A stretch of DNA of 64,000 bases from Oopsacas minuta. Lineage: Eukaryota > Animalia > Porifera. A program made the translations under genes and the position numbers. The notes below the pieces were generated by a model. The model had not been told where the DNA came from. It saw only the letters and a program-made list of their open reading frames with translations, and ran no database searches. The stretch lies in the NCBI GenBank assembly GCA_024704765.1, contig JAKMXF010000332.1:918984-982983 (forward strand). The letters run 5' to 3'. Below are positions 39,976 through 53,626 of the stretch, one piece after another (positions within the stretch are counted from its first letter, which is position 1; each line of letters opens with the position of its first letter).

Positions 39976-42214
39976 GGAAACCCGGCATTAGTTCTACTAT
40001 TCTAGTAGTCATTAGTTCTAATTTTCTTTTGTAGACGTTAATTCTACTTTTTTAATGTGTAGTCATTAGTTCTACTCGGAAAATTGGCAGTGCTTCTACT
40101 TTTAATTATAATTGTAGAGCTATTGCGTGAGATTCTAACTCACGTGAGGTTGTAACTCATTAGTATTATTGGACAGGGACAGCCTTTCACCGTGATATTT
40201 TAACTCATTTATATTAAACCACTGTGAATTTGCAGGATATTCGACCAGGATCATTTCAATTACTAATTTGTCCTACTTGTACTCATCAGATTTACCCGAA
40301 ATTAATATCATTCGGTAGAGGAGTGTTGGACGTTGTATAAAATATAATTTCTTAAACATTTTTTAACTTTTACCTATCTATTTTGTCATGACGAGTAGGG
40401 TCGCTTCTCTATTAAATCGACGACCTAAAAGTGAGAATACAAATCTGAAATCTTGTGTCTATATTTGTGACATGGACGTTTATGTAAATTAAATTTCATC
40501 CAAAAATTCCTATAACTCGAGGAGATACAAGTATTCAAAGTTGAAGTCAGAGTTATGGTGGAGGGGGTGAGTATCATTTTACAAAAAGTAGGGTCAGTTC
40601 AAATTGATAGTTGATATCCCAAATCGAAGTCAAACTATTATATTTTGATGACAATCGATAGCTGAAACATGGGTGTATACCATTATGTCGCTATATTCCT
40701 GAAATTCTGAAAGATACAGTCACAATGGGGTTCTAATAATGGCATAATTGTCGTTTTTATGTATTTTCAAAATTTCAATTTAGACTCAAATTTCAAGATA
40801 ATTCATTCCCCGAATCGCCTGAAACTTTACAGGCTCCTTCTTTTATATTATATCTTTCAATTTCCTTTAAAAGAAACAGGGGTCACTAGTACTTTTCTAA
40901 TGGATATTACAAAATTAATATTTTGTGAAAATATGTTTTTCCACTAGCCGCATCATTATTCGCATTGTCTAATACAATACTAGATTATCTCATAAGACTA
41001 ATGAGCATGACTGTTATTTACGCATGAAGCACATGTTATAACTCTTCTCTTGGTTCCCATTCTAATGTTGCTATAACAAACGAATAATCATTATTTGTCA
41101 ATATGTAGATTCATTGTGATGGATAAAAATAGAAAATGTAAGTATTTTGCGGTTTGATTATTCGTTTGTTGTAGTAACATTAGAATGGGAACCAAGAGAA
41201 GAGTTATAACATGTGTTACTTCTTGCGTAAATAGCAGTCATGCTCATTAGTCTTATGAGATAATCTAGTATTGCATTAGACAATATGAATAACTATATGG
41301 CTAGTGGAAAACATTATACAAATATTAGTTTTGTAATATTCAGTAAAAAAGTACTAGCGACCCCTGATTCTTTTAAGGGAATTGAATGATATAATATAAA
41401 AGAAGGACACTGTAAAGTTTCAGGCGATTATGAGAAAGAATTATTTTTGAAATTTGAGTATAAATTGAAATTTCGAAAATACATAAAAAACGACAATTAT
41501 GCCATTTTTAGAACCCCATTGTGACTGTATCTTTCAGAATTTCATGATTATAGCGACATAATGATATATATCGATGTCTCAGCTATCGATTGTCATCAAA
41601 ATATAATAGTTTGACTTCGATTTGGGATATCAACTATCAATTTGAACTGACCCTACTTTTTGTAAAATGATACTCACCCCCTCCACCATAACTCTGACTT
41701 CAACTTTGAATACTTGTATCTCCTCGAGTTATAGGAATTTTTGGATGAAATTTAATTTACATAAACGTCCATGTCACAAACATAGACACAAGATTTCAGA
41801 TTTGTATTCTCACTTTTAGGTCGTCGATTTAATAGAGAAGCGACCCTACTCGTCATGACAAAATAGATAGGTAAAAGTTAAAAAATGTTTAAGAAATTAT
41901 ATTTTATACAACGTCCAACACTCCTCTACCGAATGATATTAATTTCGGGTAAATCTGATGAGTACAAGTAGGACAAATTAGTAATTGAAATGATCCTGGT
42001 CGAATATCCTGCAAATTCACAGTGGTTTAATATAAATGAGTTAAAATATCACGGTGAAAGGCTGTCCCTGTCCAATAATACTAATGAGTTACAACCTCAC
42101 GTGAGTTAGAATCTCACGCAATAGCTCTACAATTATAATTAAAAGTAGAAGCACTGCCAATTTCCGAGTAGAATTAATTACTACTGTCAGAGTAGAATTA
42201 AATGCCTGCGTCCC
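39976..42214. mobile_element. 2.24-kb foldback palindrome, probably a non-autonomous Mutator-like (MULE) element
   Basis: Arms 39976-41090 and 41155-42214 flank a 64-nt spacer. A 9-bp direct repeat GAATTCCCT flanks the element (39967-39975 and 42215-42223). Termini are G-rich (ggaaacccggcatt / gggacgcaggcatt) with subterminal gtagt(c/a)att..ttcta repeats. Confidence 0.85.
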
Positions 42215-42695
42215 GAATTCCCTATGTAAATATTGTGGTATTCAATCAATCTCTGGCCCAAAATTTTATTACCTACCATTGCTTTAGTGTATAGAATGCT
42301 ATGGTTGAATAAATTGGACACATTTGAAACAACAAAAATGCATTTTCGAATATTGAATTTCAACATTCCTAAGTATTTGCCATAACTCATTGACATTGAG
42401 TTATAGACCTATTATCACAAAAACTCAGATTTCTAATAATTAAGCATTCTGAAGGCAGTTATAATGAAATCTAACCACTTTAAGCATGTGAAAAATATCT
42501 CTACTTTCGCCTATTTTCCCCCTTGCTCCAAAAGTCATTAAAAGTAATTTGATAGACCAATTAAATAGAATTCGCTTCTCTCCTGTAGTGACCAAGTGTC
42601 TTGAATTTCTAGCTACTTTCTTATTGATAAATTCGAATTCTTTGATATATTTACATATTATCGTATAATTTTTATCCTTGGAACAAAGTAGAGTA

Positions 42696-42995
42696 ATGAA
42701 TCAAGACACGGAGAAGCTAAATATTGACAGTGTAATTAACCGCTTGTTAGAAGTCCGTGGAGCTAGACCAGGGAAGACAGTTCAGTTGTCTGAACTTGAG
42801 ATACGATCTTTGTGCATAAAGTCCCGCGAACTTTTTCTTTCTCAACCGATTCTACTTGAGCTTGAAGCTCCACTCAAGATCTGCGGGGACATTCACGGAC
42901 AGTACTATGACCTTTTGAGGTTATTTGAATATGGTGGTTTCCCTCCGGAAAGCAATTACCTATTCCTGGGAGACTACGTAGATAGAGGAAAACAG
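42696..42995 (+). CDS. PPP1C: Serine/threonine protein phosphatase PP1 catalytic subunit, first coding exon (100 codons)
   Basis: Reads [25 protein letters not shown]...[54 protein letters not shown], followed by a GTATGA donor (phase 0). The isoform cannot be assigned. Confidence 0.93.
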
Positions 42996-44447
42996 GTATG
43001 ATTAATTCAATGGTAGATAGGTCAGTGCAGCGTTTTAGCGAGGCTAATCTGGGTACTTATCTTGACTTGACTCTAGCAGCCTACTTTTACCTGATCATGA
43101 AGATTTTTACTATTGATCTCAGAACTTCAAAATTTTGACCAAGTGCATGCTAATTGAAGTTGATTTATCATGGCTTTACGTATATTGTAAATTTGGGATT
43201 TACGCTATTTTTTGAAATTTCATCACCAAAGGTATATGTGCTGAGTCGTTTCAGATGTCACAAGGTGGTTCTATCCAGTGTTCCCACAAATCGCGTCTTG
43301 TTAAGGTGCTTGGAATATCTAGCTGTGTTAAAATGAAGATGCAATGCATAGGACTTAATATCTGTATAAGCGACATGAGCCCATTCAATTTCAAAAATGA
43401 GGGCTTACGAAAATCCTGTGATAACCACTGGTTCTATCATGCTAGGAATACGAAGTCAAATCACATGCTTTGCCTATCTAGATGCTTTAAGTATGTACTA
43501 GATAGGTAAGGATTATTTTAGTATATTCATCAGATCCAGCTCTCAACCCTAATTATGTACGCCTTAATAAATTCCTGGGGAAATACTGATAATGCAATAT
43601 ATGATCTTTTTACTGTATCGGGTCATAGTCGTAAAACAGTTCAAATTAAAAATGTTTCACAATTGTTGAAAAATAGGATATATACTTATACTAGGCAAAA
43701 GGTTTATAGAATGTCCAAAGTGTCCCGTGAGCCTACTGTATAGGGAAGCTTGTCATGTCATGTAGGGATTTATAATTGGGAAATAATCACCGGCTGGGGT
43801 CTAGTGGCGCTTTAAGTACCCCTGTGGAGCGAAGCTCCTGGAAGACAATTCTATTTACATTTTCCAATCACATTAGCTGCCTTTCTGTCAGGTAACTTCG
43901 AATCTCGAATCAATTTCTCTTTTCTGAATAATACTCATAAAGCTTGTAAGTTTTCGATTGACCCACCATGATATTTTTTAGGGTGGGTTTTACCCGCTCT
44001 GATTTGTTCATTGCCACAATAGATATTGGTTGTCACTTGTCAAGTACCCAACTTGTATTTATCCCCAGACATGTGTTTTCTAAATTCAAGTGTTATAATT
44101 TTAATTTTAATTATCTATTGAGGTCATGTGGCAAGTGTTAATGAATATAACTAGAGCACTTACATTGTTTGTTTGAGCATTTATTTTTATACTTGTAGAT
44201 ATTATTCTTCGTTGTAATAAGGTTTGTCTCAGGTTCGAAATTCTATTGGAAATTTAATTGAGCAGAGGTAGTTAACTTTCACAATTCCAGGAAACTTCTT
44301 GCATATTCAGACTTGTTAGTATCATTTTATATTATAGATTAGATTTGTTAGTAAACACAATTAATTGAATCCAAAAGTCGCTAAATATATATTTGGGGTT
44401 TACGCGGGCCGGGTTAGCCTATAAGCCAAATACCCCATGGCTTAGGA

Positions 44448-45031
44448 CAGGGGTACTCAAACTTTTAAATCTACGGGTCACTTTAAAAACTTTGCTCGCT
44501 TTACGGGCCACAAATCATAGATTGCCTTTGGCTTTAGTTTAATCAATTTTCAAGCTATACTATTTACCTCATATTGCATTCACAATGGATTCTATTTCTA
44601 AATTCAGGTTATTGACTTAAATTATAATCTTGTAAATTGATTCGAATCATTTGATGTCTCTTTTGAACTTAGCTTGTTTCTAGCAAGTGGACAATAGTAC
44701 TAAACCTAGATTAGGGATATACTATGTACTGTTCATACTAGAAAAACATTGCAGAAATATCTCGCCATTTTAATTTATGTTCTGTTTCCTATGTTGTACT
44801 TGTGAAGCTCTAATAATTGATAGAATTTGCAAATGCAAACTATAGTTACCAATACTTTGTTCATACTAGGAACATTGATGCATTTGTAGATTATCTCTAA
44901 TTATTTCTATATGGTGTTTAGAAAAACACTTATTATCTGACGATGGGAGCACGTCAATCACTGTGTATATATATATATATGGACAATGAAAGCAAGTGAA
45001 TTATCTGCGAGCCACGGTTTGAGCGCCCTTG
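44448..45031. mobile_element. hAT (Charlie-like) MITE
   Basis: TIRs caggggtactcaaac / caagggcgctcaaac. 8-bp TSD gcttagga / gcttaggg. Confidence 0.75.
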
Positions 45032-47989
45032 GCTTAGGGCCTCACGGCCCTCACCAATTCGACAAAAAATAGCTTGGCACAGCTTGTCTCAGTCTCCACA
45101 CTGCATTTGTTGTTTGCTCACAAAGTGTAGTCATTTTGAATGCGAACGCCACAAAAATTAATCTTAATTGAATTACAAAGCAGTCAATATGAAAACATCA
45201 AAAACAACGTCTATATCCACCATATTTGATTTTTAAGCTTCATTTCTGACTTCCACTCAGCCTAGCAGTGAATAAAGTTATCTTATGTATTAAAACTCAA
45301 TGGTTTTTATTGTTTTTCAGTTACATATAGGCTGTCAGTTTACATTAAGGGATGCGAGGGAGTGAGGTGTGAGCCTCTTTGAAATTCTTGCGATTCTGAG
45401 CAGGAGTTATAGAGAGAGCCTCATAGTATACTTGGCTTAGGACCCCATCGAGTGCTAATCCGGCCTTGGTTTACATGTGTTTAACCCAGCCTGACCAAAT
45501 TGAGTTCTGGTGCCTATGACCTGGACAATGCTAACTTTATTTTGAGGGTAAGATGCGAGGAAAGCGAGTCAAAAATTACGGCTTGCATTCGAGCTAATAA
45601 TTCAATATTTTGTCTTATTTTTCAATACCACTATGATTCCTTATCATGCCTAATTATCCTGGGGGACGCTTAATTTCAGGTGGGGCACAGCCCTATCTGG
45701 CCCCACCCTCGGTCCACCTCTGGATCTGCAGATCTGCAACTGGTCATGTGATAACTGCTGTTAATGTTGAAAACTACCATACTTGAACATATTCATGATT
45801 GTGTCAAGTTAGTCTAAGCATAGCAGTCCATACATAAGGCAATGGGGAGTTTAATACTTTTTGGACTAGGGATAAGATAATTAGTTTATATATTTACATG
45901 GGGAAGTCTATTTGTTTCGATAATATAAAAATGGTGCATTTTCCCCGAATACATATATTCTTGAAGCTTAACGATACATAAAGTCTGTACCTATGAACTA
46001 TTTCCGGTTAGAAATGACAAAGCTATTGCATAACAAAATCCTCCAATTTTCAAGCACTTTAAATAAATATATCTATTACCTTTACTTCTACAAAATTCAC
46101 AAATTTTGTACTAAGGATGTGTTCATACAAATATCAACAAATTAGTCATGACAACTTTAAGTTCTGGAGTTATTGTAGTGACCATGGATATCATTTTTGG
46201 TCCATCTTTACTGATAACTACTTTTATAGATATAGCCAAATCATCTTGCAAACAGGTACAGAATTCCCCAATTATCCTATTTGTTATGTATGTCCCAAAC
46301 ACTGATGTAGATTGGATAAACAGATTTGATGTCATGCGATATGACTCTCTTAAAACAGGAAGTTACAATGACTGGAGCTATAATTTGATATTTTATCAAT
46401 CAATGATTCTATGAACATAAGATGGACTGATGTAATACATGATAAGGCCTAGTACTAGTTGTTAGTGAGTTACGAAGAATTCAGTAACGTTAATTGACTG
46501 CACGAGACTCTAATCCTGAATTTCTGAGAACTGTTAAAGTAGCTACATGTTGTAATAGTAATCACTTTCCGGTTTGTTTGACTCATAAAAGGCAGTCAAA
46601 CCTGTGTCAAAGATAATTTGAACATCGTCCTTTATACGCTCTAAATTGTGATAGCTCTATGAAAGACTTAAACAATTCTCCATGGGGTCTCATTATACTT
46701 GTTACGATATTGACATTATGGTGAACTGTGGAAATGATAATCTTCAAGGTTTTAAACTTAAATGCATCAATTTAAAGGAAGACGATGAACTCCCTATAAT
46801 TCCAGAATAGATTTCTAATGAAATAATTATAGCTATGACAGTACGAGATAGATATGGCTAGATACTTGGATAAGTGATAAGATAAATTGGAGAAAGAAGA
46901 AAATATAGTTTCTAGGCTAGAAGTCCAAAATGTCGTACGTATTTCAAAGATCTGATTACCGCTAATATGAACGATAGAAATCGTTTAGGGCTTGGTCTAT
47001 TTAATATCAAGCCATGGCTATGCAGGCGAGTACTAAATGTGATTGAATATATATTTGAGAATCGATTCGTTTTTGCTCGATATATGTATTGCATATTTGT
47101 AGAAAACACATCGTCAGAAATAATATACTGAATGATTTCAAATATGTGTCTGGTAAGCATTTATTTGGTAAATTATGCCATCCATTCGAAAAACAATAAT
47201 CTTAAATATTGCACATTCTATTTCAATGTTAAAAATCAAATTATCTATAGATACTGTTATACAAAATCTCAAACATTAGTCATTCAAAATTTGCCGCGTT
47301 ATTGAGTTAATGTCGATACCATGGATGACACTTTATGAATTTTCAATTATAACTTAGAATCTTAAAATTATGGCAAAATCAGGATAACCCAAAATTTGTA
47401 CTTACTCAATAAGACTAAGAGATATCGTATCAAGAGTAATTTAGGGTATGGGAAGTCGGGTGTATGCTATTAAATTGCGATACTGAATTTACAGTAATTT
47501 CCACTATTATCGAGTTATGATAGAATATTAATTAAAATGTGTCATTCTTGGTCTCTACTGAAACTCAAGAACGACCTAACATTAGTTTAACTATTTTTTG
47601 ATATTTTGTATAATCTATAGATCATTTTATATGCAAACTTTGTGGCGAAATGTGCCACATTTAAGGTTTTATTAGGTTTCAAAGAAATGACATAATTTAC
47701 TAAATAATGCTTACTAGATACAATCTTCCACATTCCTGAATTTTTAGTATATATCTGGCAATGTGTTCTACAATTATGTAATACATTTATTCCAGCAGAC
47801 AAGCATCGATTCTGTACTTACCTCGTTCAATACTCGGCCTGGTGACATATCCCTGGTCCATTTTTCTGAACTCGCGTCATGTCCTTATATTACGTAGGTT
47901 TCGATTGTGGTGATCATTAGAGAAATATTTCGTAAGAATTCAGCTTCTTGCGGGATATACTATCATTTGTGGAAAATATGCTCATGATC

Positions 47990-48160
47990 ATGGCTTGACC
48001 TTAATCAAACTTTGTCGGATTCTGAAAATGTTCAAATGGGTGTCCCTCAATGATTTATTTAAGACCGCTTCTGTTTATAACTGATTTGTTTTCACACCTA
48101 AGGATTGTAGCTTAAGAATGTTCGCTGATGATCTACAATTTCACACATTGTTATTCTATC
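47990..48160 (+). mobile_element. LINE reverse-transcriptase remnant (CR1/L2-like)
   Basis: MGVPQ at 48036-48050 and MFADDL at 48118-48135 match RT core motifs. Confidence 0.6.
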
Positions 48161-49830
48161 GGTGAGATAAATTCATGTTAAATAGTGAAATGGGATGTAT
48201 CCACAAGTAGTAGTGTAGCAAAAATATCTGTATTAACCTACTGTATTGTAATCCTATGGTTGTTTTCACTGATCACAAACTCTGTTATCAGGCTGTATTA
48301 CCTCTGTACAAAGATGTTGTACTGTATGTTTGTATTGATTGAAGAACTAGAAGACTCCCAGGGCTGATTTTCGTCATATAGTGGATATTTTAGGCCTGGT
48401 GCGGACAAGTTGAGTCTTGGACGAAACTTCACACCTATTGCGATGTTATGACGTCATTGACACCTTTTGGATGTCCAAAACTCACTTTATTTACCACTGT
48501 TCAGCCAATATAAATGTATATTGTTGAAATTGAATCACAGGTGCCTTTACTCTAAACATTTGGAAATGCATCATGAGATTTTTACGTCATCATGACTGTT
48601 CAAAAATTGAAACTTTCCAGACTAAGTTTTATTCTGTCTTAATACACGAGATACGAAGTGTCGAGATTACAAACTAAAGCACACGTAAGAGCTCTAGTAT
48701 TTCTACAGAATTTATTGGAATTAGGATGGGCAATAAATAATCCAAAATTAACATTTAGAATATATGGTCCAAACACGTTTAACTGTTTATTATATACAGC
48801 ATTAATGTATTACCAACAATTACAAATACTGTAGTCGTGTGTATGTTTATCTTCTGAAATATTTGATTTGCCATCATCTCACTACTTATGATGTTATTTT
48901 TGAATGATTTGGAGTAGATTTCGAGGCTGTTTTAACCCTTTAATAAGTATGTTAGATCTTCGACTTACATTGTACCCTCATAACATGTGGTTGTATCGAA
49001 ATAAGTGTGAATTTTGATGGGATGCTGACACATTCCTCTGTTACTATACAAGTTTATATAAACACATTCTAGACTTTTCTGGAAAATATTGATGATACAC
49101 ATTTACTTTTGACAATAGTATCACTCGCGTAAATTATTTACGAAAATTATTGAAAAGATTATCACGCAAAGGAGCGTAGGGATTATTTAATACCATGTTT
49201 GTTGAGTTAGAAATTGGTATTCACTTACCTTAGTGACGTCTGGGACTTTTTTTCAAATTTTGTATTTTAACCTGTTTTGTCTCACATACTTTGGCTACAA
49301 AGCTCAAAATGTTAATTAGGCTCACTATCTGGCTTGTGAATATTTGTATTACCGCTATTCTATATTTCGGGCAATTTCTCAACATATTGTGAACATCCAA
49401 CTAACCATTTTTGAGATATGCCCACTTATTTGTGAATATCAGATGTTCGTTGAACATGTGGCTCTCGATTTTCAATTTTTCAGAAATGACCGACACGGTT
49501 ACTATAAATAATTTTCTCAGTATTATTCATGTGCATCATTGTCCAAAAGTAAGCTATATATGGTTGTAATGGTACCAATTACTAACTTTAGTACTCTATT
49601 ATTTGAGTTATGACGCTGAACAATTAACACCTATCCTTAATTGGTAGAATTGAACATGAATCATGAAATATTTACTGCATATAAATATATTCTTATATTC
49701 ATTAGATAAAAAGTCTGTGAAACCCCAAATATGGCTATATTCTATATTTACAAGCCCATTAGATCCTGATTATGATTGACAATTCAGCTATTTGCTATTT
49801 ACAATGTTTCTTGATTTTTCTACATACGTA

Positions 49831-50741
49831 CAGTCAGAGGACAAAAGTATTCGACCACACAAATATATTGTCATAAATTGTATACTCTTTCCCGCTCCTA
49901 TATATTGTATAGTCTATATTCGTAGCTGCAATCTAGTAATTTGTATAGAATAACATGTTTTTCAAGAATTTCAAAAAATATTTTCGATTTACACATTTTG
50001 AAGGTGTTAATTATTAATAATTATTAGATAATTATTGATAATCAAAATATGTGGTAATTCAAAGCCTATTAAGAATCTATAATTTCTGACTTGATAATTG
50101 AATTCTACTTGGGCGAGTTCCGCCAGATTAAAATTTCCAATCGGATTGAACAATTTTTACCAAAGTTATAGATGAATTTCAATTTGTCCCACTTGTGCCA
50201 CTTTATTCAAAAGGTGGCACAGGTGGCAGGAAAAAGCGCAACTACAAGGAAATCAACTAGGCTAGGAGGAATAAGTCGAAGTAAAATTTTCGAAAGATAA
50301 GACTATGCTAACCCTAGAATTACAAAATAACCTCTTGGCAGTGGCCACTGTGCCACCTTGGGCAAAAGGTGGCACAAATGGCACAAATTGAAATTCATCT
50401 ATAACTCTGGTAAAAAATTGTTCAATCCGATTGGAAATTTCAATCTTGGGTAACTCACCTACGTAGAATTCAAATATCAAGTCAGAAATTATAGATTCTT
50501 AATAGGCTTTGAGTTACCACATATTTTGATTATCAATAATTATCTAATAATTATTAATAATTAACACCTTCAAAAAGTGTAAATCGAAAATATTTTTTGA
50601 AATTCTTGAAAACATATGTTATTCTATGCAAATTACTAGATAGCAACTACGAATATAGACTACACAATATATAGGAGCGGGAAAGAGCCTACAATTTATG
50701 ACAATATATTTGTGTGTTCGAATATCTTTGTCCCCTGATTG
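49831..50741. mobile_element. Non-autonomous Tc1-like element with very long (about 390 bp) TIRs
   Basis: Starts ta|cagtcagaggacaaaagtattcg. The arms (about 49831-50225 and 50340-50741) match closely in inverted orientation around a spacer of about 115 bp with no transposase. Confidence 0.85.
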
Positions 50742-50849
50742 CATATATGTGCTAAATCTACTAGGTACTATATTTAGTATTAAAATGTTTGATTTTTAAG
50801 TAGTGTTCGAAATTCAATCCTATATATTCCTTTTGTGTTATTTCTTAAT

Positions 50850-52950
50850 GGCCATACCAATTGAAGTATCATCTCTCTATGATAATTATCATCTTGATAA
50901 TAGTTATCGAGTTTGTAGGTCCATGCTGCTATCGGCCTGCTTCCCATGCTCTGACCAGGAAATCTCTTCAGCAACCACCTTCCCAACTGCTATCAAATAT
51001 ACCTGAGAAATTTCACCATGTTAAATTTGCATCGGGGTAAGTGATCTACTAAATCCAAAATATCTGCAGCATTAGTCGGACTGGGTTATCTAACCCAGAA
51101 GCAGGAAAATTAACTATCAATGGATGGTAACAAAACCACACTAATGTCGAGTTTCCACAAACATTGAACAAAGCCTATGTATCACCAGAAGTACTGTGGT
51201 GTGTAGCTCAGAATATCGCTCTCACCAGATCTTTGCATCTTCTCTCAATAATTACATAATCAAGTTTACAGATCCCCTAGACCTGGTAGGCCGCTACAAC
51301 AGGCACCATATAGACCGATGTGTAGGAAATGTGGGAAATATAAGAAGAATCACTCTGAGAAATTTTGTCAAAGGATTATGTTACACCCTCATAGATCTTC
51401 ATATGCAGGTGAACTATCTGCAAATATAGTAGAAACTCGAGGTTTCACTAGTGCAGTTGCAACATAGTACACTAAAAATCAATGCAAGGAGACAATATTC
51501 ATATTCCAGTTAGTTTGCTTCATCCTCACGATCCCACCAACCAAATTGTGGTATCTACAGCTAGCTATGCAGGTAGAAGTTGTGTTAATATAGAGTTGAG
51601 CGTTGAAGCTGCTCGAAGTATTCAAAGATTAGGCCACTCGGTTCTTGAAAACATTCTTACTGGGAATTAGGCAGATTACTATTTAGAGAAGGAATTACGT
51701 TCCCTATTGATGGAATCATAAGGGCTTGGGATGAAAATTTCCTTCTTTGGTGATATTTTACTCCAGTTACACTTGAGATACATCGTGAAAGTATGGTGAT
51801 TTCACCAGAGGCGACACCGTTTTCTTTTTCATTGATAACAAATTTCATATCGACGGGCGGAAATTTTTCTTGAAATATCTGTAAATGTTATCTCGATGAA
51901 GCCTAGATGTTCATATTTGCCAACTACTAATAGTCTCCTAACTAAATTCGACTTTGCCATTGGAAAGGGTTCTGAGAACTATCACAATATGAAACAACTG
52001 TTTACTTATCCATCAATACTTAACTTATTCCCTTTGATTTTCCCGTCCAAATTGCTTGTGAATGAACAATAGCAGCTCTGCTTGTTGGAGTCCAACTAAC
52101 TTCCAGCAACTTCCCTATTCCCTATTGTTTGTGGGGTAATGGTACTATTTGTATCGGGATACCTGATGAATCGAGGATGTGTGAAGAATTGTGAGAGATC
52201 TTTCCAAAAGCATCATAACGTCGTCAATGAAAACCTATCATTATTTGGACTGAGTCAGTTTTGGAAATATTACTCACCCTCCATTACATATTCTTTGGGG
52301 ATTGGTAAAAAATTATACAGTATTGCAAGGCCTTATGATGGTTCATCGAGAAGAGGAAAGCGCAAACTTTACAAACTGCACTGCACAAGTTTAACATTTT
52401 TAAATCAGAATATTGGGATGGTACTCTGGAGGGCAATTCATGTTCAATGCTCTTGGACAATTTTCAAATATATCCCATTCCCAAAAATTGTGCAAAATTC
52501 TTGTTGCATTAATTGAATTGAAGCCTGCTAAACAGGCTTGTCTATGCAATGTAAGGAAATTTAGATGGAAATACAGCATTAGAAATTTTCGTGAGACATG
52601 ACATAATATGGGTTTCTCATGGTCTTTGAAGTAGTATATTCTCTCAGACCATTATGAAGAGTATTTCAATAGTTTTGAAATTATCCCTCATGCAAGAGCA
52701 GCAATTAGTTCAGAGCCAAGTGGTGAAATGCTCCATTCACGATTACAAAATTATGGGATCTTCGCTTCCAGACAAGAGGAGAAAATCCTATTTACCCTCA
52801 AAGTCTTATTGATTGTATGGTCACTTAAAATTTTAACCTAGAGTGCCGGATAGAGCTTTGAGATCAAACACAGAAAATCTCGAGAAAGATATTCAGGAAA
52901 TTGATATTGATGACGAATTGATTGAAGATGATGAAGAGAGAGTAGAATTG
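50850..52950 (+). pseudogene. Decayed Chapaev-like (CMC) DDE transposase
   Basis: Motifs in order: KFHIDGRKFFLK (D at 51852); IACE*TIAALLVGVQLTSSNFPIPYCLW (52051-52140); HPPLHILWGLVK (52275-52310); SSEPSGEMLHSRL (about 52707-52745). They parallel the D, D/CxxC, PPLHI and E motifs of the Chapaev3 copy at 56.4-58.1 kb. Confidence 0.65.
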
Positions 52951-53493
52951 CATAATTGGCTAACTGTTCCGAACACTCAGATCTAAGTCATTCAGGTGTT
53001 AGTTAAGAGTAATATTAAACTCTCACTACTCCACTGATTAGTTATGCTCAACTTTGTACGTATCTCATAAATATAAGACATTATGCTATACACTGTATAT
53101 ATTTCATGATTTATGTTCAATACTACCAAGTATGGATCGGTGTTCATTGTTCAACGTCATAACTCGAATAATGGAGTCCTAAAAGTTACCGTATCGGTCA
53201 TTTATGAAAAATTGTAAAATCGAGAGGGAGATGGCTCAACAAACGTCCGATATTCAGAACTTAGCTAACATATCTCAGAAATGGTTTGTTAAAAGTTCAT
53301 AATGTTTGGAGAAATTGCCGCTATTATAGAATAGTGGTAATACGAATATTTTCAAGCCAAATATTGAGCCAAATGAGCATTTTTTAACTTGAGCTTTGTA
53401 GCCAAAGTGATTGAGCCAAACAGGTCAAAATTTGAATTCTCCTGACGTCACAGAGGATAGTAAATACCAATTTATTACTCAACAAACATTGTA

Positions 53494-53626
53494 CAGTAGA
53501 CTCTAGTTAATATGTGAACCAGGGACTGCCAGAATTCATACTTCTTTCCGGAGTACGTATCGAAGGGGACTGATAAAGTGTACAATTTGTGCTCCTAATC
53601 GTGTTCGTATTAACGAGACTCTAATG
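53494..53626. mobile_element. Tigger/pogo-like MITE
   Basis: ta|cagtagactct ... gagactctaatg|ta. Confidence 0.65.

Noticed and set aside
46117-46414. Overlapping short ORFs as possible PP1 exons or a nested gene
   Set aside because: No PP1 similarity and no recognisable domain.
50344-50365. gccactgtgccacc matching the Transib right junction
   Set aside because: It is part of the gtggcac repeats in the arm of the long-TIR Tc1 element and has a counterpart in the other arm. The cacagtg/cactgtg inside the 40-42 kb foldback is likewise internal.
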